The notes below the pieces were generated by a model. The model did not search any database, had not been told where the DNA came from, and saw only the letters and a program-made list of their open reading frames with translations. Of a stretch of DNA of 64,000 nucleotides, positions 52,797-64,000 are shown piece after piece. The DNA lies in contig CAJVPI010000030.1 in assembly GCA_910592345.1 (NCBI GenBank), positions 1 to 64,000 of the forward strand, given 5' to 3'. Origin of the DNA: Paraglomus brasilianum. Lineage: Eukaryota. The position numbers were made by a program, and so were the translations under genes. The number at the start of each line of letters is the position of its first letter. Position 1 is the stretch's first letter.

Positions 52797-53101
52797 TAAA
52801 AGCAATTTATAGACAAAGGTTCTCATCATTTATGAGGGTGAGCATTTAATGTCTTAACTCTGATCTTTGTATTTGACACTTAATTTCCCATGGAACGATG
52901 TTTTTCTACTGTAACTCCTCTCATACATGCATAGCATCTTAATACTTTTAAAACGAGACATTGGTCTAATTGTCTTCTCTTTAAGATGACAATATCATTA
53001 TTATATAATCGATAATGGATCTGCTATAATTTTAAAAAGTTACATTCGAGCGGGCAATACTTGTTTTGAATTATTTATTACTAGTAATAGCTACCGCATA
53101 C

Positions 53102-55291
53102 TCAAGAAAACAATCTTTTCTCATATCTAAGAAATAAAACAAAAAACAACAAAATTAGAATTTGAAGATAATACACTCAACGTTCATACTTGAAACTTAC
53201 GTATACAATCCGTGAACGTTTCCTTCGACCTGCGCGGCTGCAGTCCTAAACTCAAACCTAACTTTCCCCGTTGCCACTGCCTCTCTCAACTGTACCAAAT
53301 CTTTAACTCCTATATCTTGCAAACCGTGCTGCAATCCGGTGATCAGATACGGAATAAACTTTCTAACTGATCCTTTGTCCACTACTGCGCCAGCAACTCC
53401 CTGCGCCACCTTAACCGCATCAGACTCGGAAAAGTACCTCTTCTCGGCCGCATTACCGGTTTTCTCGGATCCGCGTTCCATGGCATCTAGTGACCCCATA
53501 CCACGATATTTCTTTAACCGCTTGCCTTCATGATAGAAGTAATCGCCAGGTGATTCAGTCGTGCCGGCGAGAAGACTGCCCATCATCACAGCTGAAGCGC
53601 CGAGAGCGAGCGCTTTAGTTATGTGGCCAACGTTGCCAATGCCGCCATCAGCGATTACTGGAATGCCAAAGCGATTGGCGAATTGTGCTACGCGATATAC
53701 CGCCGTACCTTGAGGACGGCCGACAGCCATAACTGTCAGAAGCATATATGGAAAAGGGGGGGCATCACAAGGTGAGGAGATGGGCTTTATCTTGGAATTT
53801 AAAATTCGCACAAAACAAGCCCACACATTTCTGACTTACCCTCTTGAGTAATGCAAATGCTTCCACTTCCCATTCCTACCCTTAACGCATCAGCCCCAGC
53901 CTCAATCAAAGACGCTGCTTGTTCTCTCGTAACCACATTTCCTGCTATAACGTCTAATTTATTCCCGTATGTCTTTTTAATATATTGAATCATTTCAATT
54001 TGATACAGCGAATTTCCCTGACTAGAGTCCAATATCACGACATCCAATCCGGCCTCGACTAATTTCTTTAGCCTCACTCTATCGTCTGGTCGTGTCCCAA
54101 TGGCAGCAGCACAAATCAGCTGTTTGCTGTCGGGAGATTTGGAGGCAAGGGGAAAGTGGATGTTCTTAAGGAGATCAGAGCGAGAAAGGAGAGAGACTAA
54201 TTCGCCTTTGGAGTTTATTATTGGAAGTTTGCCTTTTTTGCTTTGACGAAGGATGTGGTTAGCCTTTTCCAGAGTCACACCTTCATGGGCACAAGTAACA
54301 TCGACAGTCATTACGCTTTTGAGTAATGTGGTGTGATCTTCTACGAATTGAATGTCACGAGCTGTGACAATGCCTAGAAGCTTACTATGTAGTTTGCCGT
54401 TTTCTACGTCGACAGGGGTTTAATAGGTGTTAGATGGTATTAAATAAAAATACTCTAGCATATAAGCCATATAATAGATTCAGATATAGTCGTATTCTCC
54501 ACATATTAACTTAATATTTCGGAAGAACGAAAGTTATTAGACAATTAAATCATCATTTCTGCAAAAATGCGTTGCCATTGTGCTTGCTATAGATGGTATT
54601 CATTCCTTGGCTGATCAGCCTTTCCCAATCTCTCTAACCACCGCTTCTTTTTCCTCTCCAACGTCCGGACTTACCTGTGATTGGAATCCCGCTGTATCCA
54701 TGTGTCTGTTTGATTTTGTGTACATCGGCCACGGTATGGTTCGGCGTCAGACAAACAGGATCTGTGATAAAGCCATTTTCAAACTTTTTCACTTTCCGAA
54801 CCATTTCTGCCTGTTCTTCTGCTGAGCAATTATAATGAATTACGCCAATTCCTCCAAGTAACTATTATGTGAAAGTCAAGTTCAAGGCAATTACTTATAA
54901 AATTGGTGGGACGAATAAATACAAGTATTATATTCATCGTACATAATATGCCTTCAATAGCTATGCCGCTTAATTGCTCCTGTATACTTACAGCAATATT
55001 AATAGCCATTTCTGACTCTGTTACGGTGTCCATAGGAGAACTCATAAACGGTGTTTTTAGTGTAATGTTTCTTGTTATTTTGGATTCCAATTCGACCTCC
55101 GAGGCAGGAAAGTCGATATAACCGGGCAATACAAGAAAATCGTTGTATGTTAGCCCACCACTTTTGCGCAAGTCAAACAATTCTTCTGCGGATAGACCGT
55201 CCGCAAATTCGTATTTTGTCAAGTAGGATTTAGCCTTACTGGGATCCCACTCTTTTTGATTTGCTATGCCATTCCCGTCTTGTCGAACCAT
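53102..55291 (-). CDS. Inosine-5'-monophosphate dehydrogenase (IMPDH); exons 55291-54992, 54861-54675, 54403-53840, 53732-53201, 53126-53102
   Basis: '[13 protein letters not shown]', '[12 protein letters not shown]', CBS pair, 'LDSSQGNS', catalytic '[12 protein letters not shown]', 'ADGGI', 'KKYRGMGS', 'VAQGV', ending 'YEKRLFS'. Confidence 0.97.
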
Positions 55292-56964
55292 AGTGTATAT
55301 GATTGAGAATAAGTATTTGCAGTCGTTGTTTTCGGCGCGTAATTTTACTAAAAAAAAAATTTTTTTTTTTCACATCACGTCCCCTGTATACCACGTGCTA
55401 AACATCCCCCACATTCTGTGTACACCAATCGAGTAGGATTTTCATTGTGCTAAAGCTAGTGTAGCGAATAATATCATTGATGAATGTAATGTAATATCTA
55501 CGCCTGAAGAAGAGGAAGCTAAAGAAGAAGCAGAAACTGGAGCCGAAATTGAGGGAGGAAGATAACATGACTGAATCCGAAGCGTACACGCTGAGAATGA
55601 TATATAGTTGGAAGGGAGAAATAATTTGACAGAGCAAGTGATGATGGGGAAGAGCTGATCGTTATTAAAAGAACAAAGAAAAGGTAATATTATGGTTTAC
55701 AACTATTGGCTTCTTGCTGTTTGTCAAAAATTTTTATGCTTTTAATGCAGCCAAATTCTATAATACACTTTTTATTTACTACAGACAATCGCACCGAAAC
55801 TTACACGTCGGGTGTAGATAATATAAGTAAGAATATATCTATAAGCTAGGCGAAAGAATTGCAGACAAATCAAGTCATTAGCCATCCATTCTCACAATAG
55901 CACACTGGAATTAAAACTAAATTTAAGTTATAACGTCATTTCCGAGCGTACCGGTCGAGATAAGAATACTTTTCAGAATTTTATTCTCTTCTATTGTAAA
56001 CTTCAGTTGTGCAGGAGTGGCGGAGAATTCAACAAATGCGATGACAACAAGTGTATTACATCTCAGGAACATATTTCCATTGTAGTCCAGGCATACCATG
56101 TCATTTCTTCTGAAATGAACATACTTGTATAATCAACAAGAAGTCATAACGTCATAAAAAGATGGTATGCGTATAGAAGGTCGATTTAAAAGTCGCAATG
56201 ACATACTATGTTAAAACCTTCTACTAAAAGGTCATCGTCGTCACTTAGAAAGTCTTGTCTTCACATTTTCCTCAAATTATGTCTATTTTTAAATGTAAAA
56301 CAAACACTTTATTTCTCAATGTATGAAAATCTGTCTGTTTGTGTCTTATCTCTATAAGTTTTAACTCATTAAAGACCAATACACTTATATAACGCAGAAA
56401 GTTTCTACACAAGCTTACTGTTAATTGATGTGTTTCCTGCTATTCTAAGAAATCCCGGCTTATATTAGGTACGGTAATTATTGAGTGTCCGCCTTCTGCA
56501 TTGTTCGTCATTTCTGTAATAATTTCAATTGTATTTAATATTATTGATTCATATTACTGTATTATATTAATGTTACGACATCAATCTACTACTATTGCTA
56601 TGTCACACCGAATAGGCAAATTCCAGACTTTAAATTTCCCTATTGCTACGTAGGAGAATGTTTTTCTGATGCAGCATAACGATAATAATAATAAGCAAAT
56701 TGGTGTCCCGATCTCATACAGTCGGGGAATATACCGAAAACGGAAACGTGTTCTAGAATGATCTGCAGCCAATTCTTGAAATTTGATTGGCTTACGCACT
56801 CTTTACGCCTGCATTCTTTGCCCTATTCGAAAACCATACAAACATACAGAAAAAGACCCCTACTTTCAATATTTGCTAATAATCAAAAATAGTCAATCCG
56901 TTTCGAAAAAGTAAATGAGACGTGAAATTTACAGTTTTTGCATGCGCTAGCGTCTTAAGACGAA

Positions 56965-58250
56965 ATGACGAACGTAATTTCGCTAACTAAGTTGTATTCA
57001 AACAATCTTTTGAACAGTGTCTGTTTATAAAAAGCCAATAGCAAGAGACCTTCTGTGCGTTTTTGCGACTTTAGTTGAAGCATATAGTGAAGTTGGGCTG
57101 AGATCATGTGAAGTGAAAGAACCACAAATGTGGCGGCATGCGAGCACCCAGGAAACAGCTAAGCGGCTTGCACTCTACCATAATTATATTACTGAACTTG
57201 CTAATCTACATTCTTCATTAAAGTAATATGCGATTTGTGAAAGACACTACAATCAAATTATTGCTACTAATCATTTTTATCAGCATTTAATAAATCACAG
57301 TCAAGAAGTAAAAGGATCCGGCTCGATTATGGTAAAGATAAAATCGCTCAAGCCGAGCTTGCTCGGTTAGAAAATCGACAGAAATCTCAGTCTATAACAG
57401 AACAGAACAACCAGATTGTACGAATGCAGCAGGATCAGAGCACTGAAGTCGAAAAACCAAAGAAACAACTACAGAAGGCTTATAAAGATATGAATGAGAT
57501 TATGAAGAAGAATGAAATTCTTACTGAACGGAATTCACGATTTTCTGATTACTGCAAACGTGTTAGCGCGATCGTTAAAATAGCTAAGGAAGAACGTATA
57601 TATACGATGATGTAAAATCATTAATCCGAGATAACAATAGGTTCTCGATAGACAATATCACGGCCGAGTAAACGCAACCAAGTCATTGTTAAATTTGTTG
57701 AAACTCTGACTCACAACAATCGAGACAGTGATATTCTCTTGAGCCCGGAAAAGCTTTTTAAGACTGTCGTCATAGTTGATTCAATATACAGTGCAGGACA
57801 TGGGAAATATGTATCGATGCCAAAGATTTCGAGCTTACTTGAGAAGACTTGAATTTTTGAATCCAGTGAATATGAGAACCGTTTGTCGAAGCCTAGGAGA
57901 AGAATATGAATTAAGCGAACATTTGAAAATTTTCACTTATTTAGCAAAACTAGCTCGACAGAAATTTATTGATAAAGTACATGATTTATTAACAAAACCC
58001 GTCCTTCTTCATTTAGGTCAATTCCGATTACAAAAAAAGAAGAAAATACGAGCAAAGCAGAGATTTTGCTGAAAATCGAAGCACTTCTCGAACAACTTGG
58101 TGAAAGTGTCCAGAAGAAATATTCTGGACTAAGGTCAAAAAGCAAAGTGAACTGTTAGATATATTAGCAGACATAAAATACCTACTTAGTTCAGATAATA
58201 GAGTTGATAACCACAATTGTTTAGAGAGTCCAGGAACAAATAAGCAAGAG
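56965..58250 (+). pseudogene. Decayed, probably transposon-associated coding remnant
   Basis: Same-strand chain of broken frames (57017..57226, 'ICERHYNQIIA', coiled-coil 57424..57615, 57776..58072, 'KAEILLKIEALLEQL') with no intron-like gaps and multiple stops and frameshifts. Confidence 0.45.
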
Positions 58251-60008
58251 TAATTTACGATTTTTATAAGACTTTATCAATAAATTATTATTATTCTGTA
58301 ACAAAAATCTTGATCAGTGTTCATTACTTATTAAGGAGCGATAATCATATGTGCGAGTTTTTTTTCCTTTCAAACGATCCGGATAGTTTTCTTTGCTAGT
58401 AATTGGAATTTGGCCGTCGTCACTCCGTGTGCAACAGTGACTTTCACCAGATGATCCACGTTGATTCTATTTTAGAAAACTGTCATGAATGGTGTATATC
58501 AAGAAGTCATTCATTGATACTGCAACATACCTTTTTGGCAGACCAATGATGCATTCAAATTTTTTCGGCAAGTTGTTAAATATTTGGGCTCCATTTTCAT
58601 TTTCATTGATGTCAGGTGACCTTTTGATCATCATCAACTTCAATGCTTATACAATTCTTTTTTTTTGACGCCTGGTGTGTGAATAGTAATGAGGTAGAGC
58701 CTATTGAAAGAGATTTAGTTGTGTGTGTGCAATATTAGACAATGGAGGTAATTAGGCTGCCACAAACCCTTGGCTCTCTTGCAGCACATATTGACATGGT
58801 ACGATAGGTTTGATAGGTTCATCTACTCTTATTCTTTTATGCTTGATAAAGAAACAAATGATTAGAGTATATTTTATGATACACTTTGGTTAGTCTGACA
58901 AATGAATAACCTACAATCTCATAGTTGACTTTCCTTCCAGACTTGAAATACATAGCTGCAGAAAATCAGACTGTTCCACAGTCAAATGGTCCTGTGAATG
59001 TCCAACCTTCTATTACATTGTAGAATCTGGATGCATCATTGTGTGTCACAAAGTGGATATGGCCATATCTAGAGGTTTTGAGTTTTCGAGTCCTTTATTG
59101 GTTATCTAGAGGTTTTGAAGATTGGTTAAATTTACTGGGCATAAACACGAAGAATCTGCCAACAAAATTTCTCACCCTTTGACTTGTTTTTTTTAAATAT
59201 GCTCAAAGGGAATAAATGTCAATTTCCATAACCATGCTTCAATATCATCATGCTTTATCCCTTCAACAGTACCCATTAAAAAAACTGACAACTCAGGCTT
59301 GCCACAGCAAACTCGCTTTTTATAAGCAGGTAACTCATGCAAACCTACAAATACAGTAGTAGAAGACTGTCAGAAAATATAGAAACAATGAAGTAAGCAA
59401 CTCCCTTCACACAAAATGGAAGGGCAGGCCAACAAGATACATGTTATGCTCATTCACAGACAAGAGGTATGCACTTCAGAGAACTGAAGGGTGGCTGACA
59501 CATCCATGTGTCAGATGGTGGCCCTCCTTTCAGAGGGTGGCAATGGCTCTCTCACATAAAAAGTGTGACTGCACACTCATGTGTTAAGTGGCAGAAGGTT
59601 GGCACTCTCACAAAGAGAGGTGTATGTTCCAAAGGCAGCAAGCTTTCTTTGTAAAAAAAATGTGCACCAGGTATTATGCCTACTGTTAAGTGTCATGCCA
59701 GTGCTATTATCCATGATCAGCAAATAAAAGAGTAGGATTGAGGAAGTTATATGACGGGGGATGAAAGAGTAGGATTGAGGAAAAGTCGCATTGTAGTTGA
59801 GGTGATGGGGTTGGAAAAAAATCAAACCAATGGCTTGGCTAAAACTGTAGCTGGGTCACAGGATATATCAGGTGACGTGAACATGTGCTGAGAACATGTT
59901 TGGGTAAATAAACATGAAAGATTAATTGGTGCAGACTATTGGATAATAAGTTTTCGTAACACAAGTTAATGGAACTTGACTAAACTTAATAAGGAAGCTA
60001 GCAAAAAA

Positions 60009-61850
60009 AAAAGTTTTTGCAAATTTAATATTTATCACTATGGCTCTGAGTAATATGCAAGATACCTTGTTTTAAAGTTAAAAAGTTATAGTTTTTATTG
60101 TTATGGTGCAAGTCATCTATACCTGACAATCACGTGATGAAAAAATAAAGCAATTTTAAATCTTTCAACTTCTTACACATATGAGAAATTAAAAATCCAA
60201 CTGGTAACTTTGTTCTTCATAACAAGCTCTACATCAGATTTTTGATTAGATTTTTTGTGAAAAGGTTTAGGGATTTAAAGTTTTTGTGTTAATTCAAAAT
60301 TGAAACAATCACATGATCATGTGAGTAGCATATAATTGGTTAAATTGGTAGATCGAACTAAATATGGTGCAAGTGATGGCATTTTTAAAGTCTTCAACTT
60401 CTTACACAGATGAGATATCAAAAATCTGACTGACAACTTTGTTCTTCATAACAAGCTCTACAAGTTACTGGTTAGATTTTTGATTAGATTTTTTTGTGAA
60501 AAGTTTTAGGGATTTAAAGTTCTTATGTTAGTTCAACCACATGATCATATTAGTAGCATATAATTGGTTAAAATTGGTAGATCAAAACTAAATATATTAT
60601 TATTATAGCTTTTTGAAGAAAAGCTTGTTTGATTTGCTTATCATATTACAATATTATTGGTCAATTAAAATTGAAACAAATCACGTGATTGTCGAGTATA
60701 GATGACTTTTGCACCATATTAATTAAAATGAGATTTGTTCACCATTTTTTTCAATAGTTGCTTCACATCTCTTTCACTAAATTTCTTAAGACATCATCAG
60801 GAATGGCATTCCATTCCTCAACCATAAAGCTCTAATTCACCACGGTTTTGGGGCATTCTTTTTTTCACTTTATTCTTAACAATAGGCCAGAGGTTTTCAA
60901 TGGGGTTGAGGACAGGACTGTTACTTGGCCAGTCAATAACTTCAGGAACATTTTCCTGAAGGAATGATTTGGCTAGGCGGCTGGTATGTTATCTTGTTGG
61001 AGCCGCCATTTATTTCCCATCATTTGATAAACCTCTGGAATATGTTTTTGAAGTATTTCTACATAGAATGCGGCATCCATATTTCGAAAAAAACAAAACA
61101 AATTGGTTTTACCGCCTATATAAAATCCACCCCATGCAAGAATTTTTGTTCGATTTTTCGGAAGAGGGCGGACTGGTCTTTCGCCTTTATGCCAGCGTTT
61201 TATGTGTTACGGAAGAGCTGAAAGGCTGTCTCATCCGTAAATAGTGTTTTCTTCCAGTTATCGTTAAGGTGCTTTTTGGCCCATTCAACACGTCTTTTCT
61301 TATTGTCTGGGGTAAGCATTGGTGTTGCGACTGGAAGACTTTTTTTATAACCAATACTTTTCAGATGCCTTGAGACAGTCACATACGATGCTTCGATACC
61401 TTCTTTTGACAGTCTAGTTGCCAATGTTCTGAGAGAGTTTGAAGAATTGCGTCGAATTTGTTGACCTAGTATTCTCGAACCTGCCGCAGTAATCTTCTTT
61501 GGTCGGCCACTTTTATTGTCAGGTGTGTTGTTACTTTTTTTTTTCTAATTTTTTAACATTATAATATATTGTTCGAAGTGATATATTTGTGAGATTATGA
61601 AGCTCTTTGGCAGTACGCACTCCTTGGTTCCAAAACTTGACGGTGTAGTTCTTTCTCTGATACTGGAGACATGTTTAATTAGAATTGTTTATAATACATA
61701 AGCAATATGGTATACAAACATGTCAATTTATAGTACAAATGTTTGTGTTTATTATGCATTTTACGTGACGCGATTTGATACAAAATTGGAAGAGCTACGC
61801 GTATTTTTGTTATGCCAAATTTTTTGCAAAAACTTTTGTAACACGCTGTA
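60009..61850 (-). mobile_element. Degenerate Tc1-like (DDE) DNA transposon; transposase remnant at about 61672-60723
   Basis: Frameshifted 'FWNQGVRTAKELHNLTNISLRTIYYN', 'SGRPKKIT', 'PMLTPDNKKRRVEWAKKH..DNWKKTLFTDETAF', 'ILAWGGF', 'WRLQQDN', 'DWPSNSPVLNPIENLW'. End 'tttgcaaaaacttttgtaacacgctg-ta' at 61823-61850 has a partial inverted partner 'aaaagtttttgcaaa' at about 60009-60023. Confidence 0.88.
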
Positions 61851-63391
61851 TTTACCCTTGCCGCGATTTACGACGTAGCGTACTTCTGCATTTATGTTTG
61901 TTTGTAGGCGCTTTTTATTCTTATTTCATGGATAAATAAATAATAACTAGACACACATTACATCATCATTACATTTTCCCAAAATAGACGATCAATCCAT
62001 ATTACGGCAAATTTCAAAAACATACAGTTCTATTCCCAAAAAACGTCGTATTTTACCGTTAACGGCATGAACGCTTCCCGCAAACAATTCCCTTTGCAGA
62101 ATTGCTTTGCGCTCACCGTCAAGATCGACGTTACCAAGTATATCTCTATTTTTGGACGACCAATTTTTCGCTCCCGGTCAAGCATACTTGGTATACTGCA
62201 TTAACCGTGCACCTTGCTTAAACAGAAATGCCTTTTCCATCGACAAAGCAGTCCTTCGAGAATATGAACGCTTGGAACAAAAATCCACAGACTATCAATC
62301 AATCGCAGTAATATTTTCATTCCCACCACCCTGTTATCTCGTCCATTCACTACATGTATATATTATTTGCAATCATAAAATATAAAATAACATGTGCTTT
62401 CTTTCCCAAAGAATCGTTAACATTGACTTCCGAAAAACAATTCGCAATCTTCATTTACCCACGCATAAACATATGGCAACGAACAAACTTCCTATCATTA
62501 CTGCAATGATAAAAAATTCCCACATTAATACGATAATAATACTGTAATCTAGTAATACGAAAACCAAAACATATACCCAATCAATACGTCACACTTTTAC
62601 TTTCCAAATAATAACCCAAAATACGATATTATATCATCGACTAGTGACACACAAAACCATTACCGTATGATAACATACTCTCCAAAAATATATCTCACGC
62701 CTGTCTTCCATATCGTTAGATATGTAAAAAAAACCATTAACATAACAATAAAATAGTCCTATAAGCAAACTGAACACGTCCCCCAGCGGCAGCGGAAACA
62801 GAGAATCTATTCATGAAATCAAACGTTATCAATTTCTATGAGTAATCCGATCAAAGGACGATTTTGCGAGTAGTTTGGTTCCATGCGTAATTTTTTTTTC
62901 TAGAATTCCTTATTTCAACATTCGTATCATTCATACCTGTTATGGGTAACAGCAAAGCCAATTCCTTTACCCTGTTAAAACGGATAAGAAATGACTACCA
63001 CCATGTTGATGAGCCAATAGTGTAGAGTGTAGATTTTATGCACATCTTAACTTAGAAGGTTAGCGTTTAAAATGAATCCCAAAATAATGGTAACGTTAAT
63101 TAATTAATTAATATTAAATATCGAATATTCAAATATGGGAGTAAATTATTCGTTTCGTATAAACTCAGAGAATTGATAATACAAGGAAACGTTTAAGAAC
63201 ACCCAAGTCTCCCTTTAATAATCGAGTGTGCTCTCAGATACTCAAGCTCATAATACATTTAATATCGCTCAGATTTCACCCTCTCAATTTCCACCCTGAA
63301 AATGTTCCTTAAAATCTTATAAACCCGCTAGCTACCATATCTAAATATAATAACCTCCAATTACTCCCTTTCTATATATATAACTTATTCT

Positions 63392-64000
63392 TTATTCTTC
63401 TTCCATTGGCAAGTCAGCCGGTTTCACCAGTCCAGGAACTTTGAGAGCATTTGCTATATCTGCCTGTTTCTGTCGTTCACTCTCCGCTTCTCGCTCATCA
63501 ATGTATAGATCCGCATTGTCTTCTGCGAACTCTTTAAGCTGGATGAGGAAATCTCTGAGATGAAGTTTGAACTTGAGAAAGTCTTGGTTGAGAGCAAACA
63601 ATCCATTAACAAAGACCGTGATTTGATTACTATACGTATAGATGTAAAAGACACACAGACTCGTTAGCTTTCGGATTGAAACAATTTCAAATGCACAATA
63701 CATCGATACAGACGTTTGTAAATGTGGGAAAGCATTCCTTAGCAACGTCATGACATACTCTCGGAGGAACCTTTGGTTTGTCATTGATGGATCCCCAATT
63801 TCTGCTGGGTTGAACAGAGGTGCTTGCACAGCTCCCGATTCAACAATTTGGAAAATCCGCGCGAGAACCATAGCCTGATACTTGAAGCCTGGCGTAAATT
63901 TAAGAGCATTAGCCATGAATAAGGTGTAACCCTTATAGCTATTCAGAATAAACCATACCGCTCTTGTGATCCGTATCGGTGAGGACGAAAAACACATCTT
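63392..64000 (-). CDS. CRM1: Exportin-1 (CRM1/XPO1), 3' end; exons >64000-63959, 63888-63714, 63629-63392
   Basis: 'DVFFVLTDTDHKSGFKYQ', 'FLREYVMTLLRNAFPHL', 'FKLHLRDFLIQLKEFA', 'KVPGLVKPADL'. Confidence 0.95.
   Translation of the reverse strand, partial: KMCFSSSPIRITRAVWFILNSYKGYTLFMANALKFTPGFKYQAMVLARIFQIVESGAVQAPLFNPAEIGDPSMTNQRFLREYVMTLLRNAFPHLQTSVSMYCAFEIVSIRKLTSLCVFYIYTYSNQITVFVNGLFALNQDFLKFKLHLRDFLIQLKEFAEDNADLYIDEREAESERQKQADIANALKVPGLVKPADLPMEEE

Noticed and set aside
55400..55680. Purine-rich stretch upstream of IMPDH, considered as a C/D snoRNA or IMD2-like attenuation element
   Set aside because: The TGATGA...CTGA spacing is too short for a snoRNA, and nothing in the sequence supports attenuation.

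Overview
Eukaryotic, AT-rich, intron-containing fungal DNA. The TKL-type kinase with repeated 'WIPF/Y' modules, the BTB-BACK-TLDc gene and the START-type PITP point to Mucoromycota, most likely Glomeromycotina (an arbuscular mycorrhizal fungus); this placement is inference. Conserved genes: partial TKL kinase (-), BTB-BACK-TLDc (+), Kin1/MARK kinase with a long polyQ (+), intronless membrane-anchored SDR (-), NAM8/NGR1-like 3-RRM protein (-), Air1/2-like zinc-knuckle protein (-), PITP (+), Kish/TMEM167 (-, absent from the ORF track), GOS1 (+), IMPDH (-) and the 3' end of CRM1/XPO1 (-). Between them are accessory blocks (about 5-10 kb, 15-25 kb, 27-41 kb and 56-62 kb) containing decayed Tc1/IS630-like transposases, MITEs (one nested), foldback hairpins and pseudogenes. 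The most unusual elements are two: (1) a rearranged cluster at 18.8-24.8 kb of two unrecognised intronless genes that share an N-terminal 'L.G.S.S.WL..L...Y...ENINPD.F' motif followed by basic disordered tails, plus a truncated copy of one fused to an antisense copy of the other; (2) an intact, intronless, leaderless ConA/LamG-like beta-sandwich gene isolated among TE remnants. Exon boundaries were read by eye from GT-AG sites and reading-frame continuity. No tRNA, rRNA or CRISPR array was recognised.
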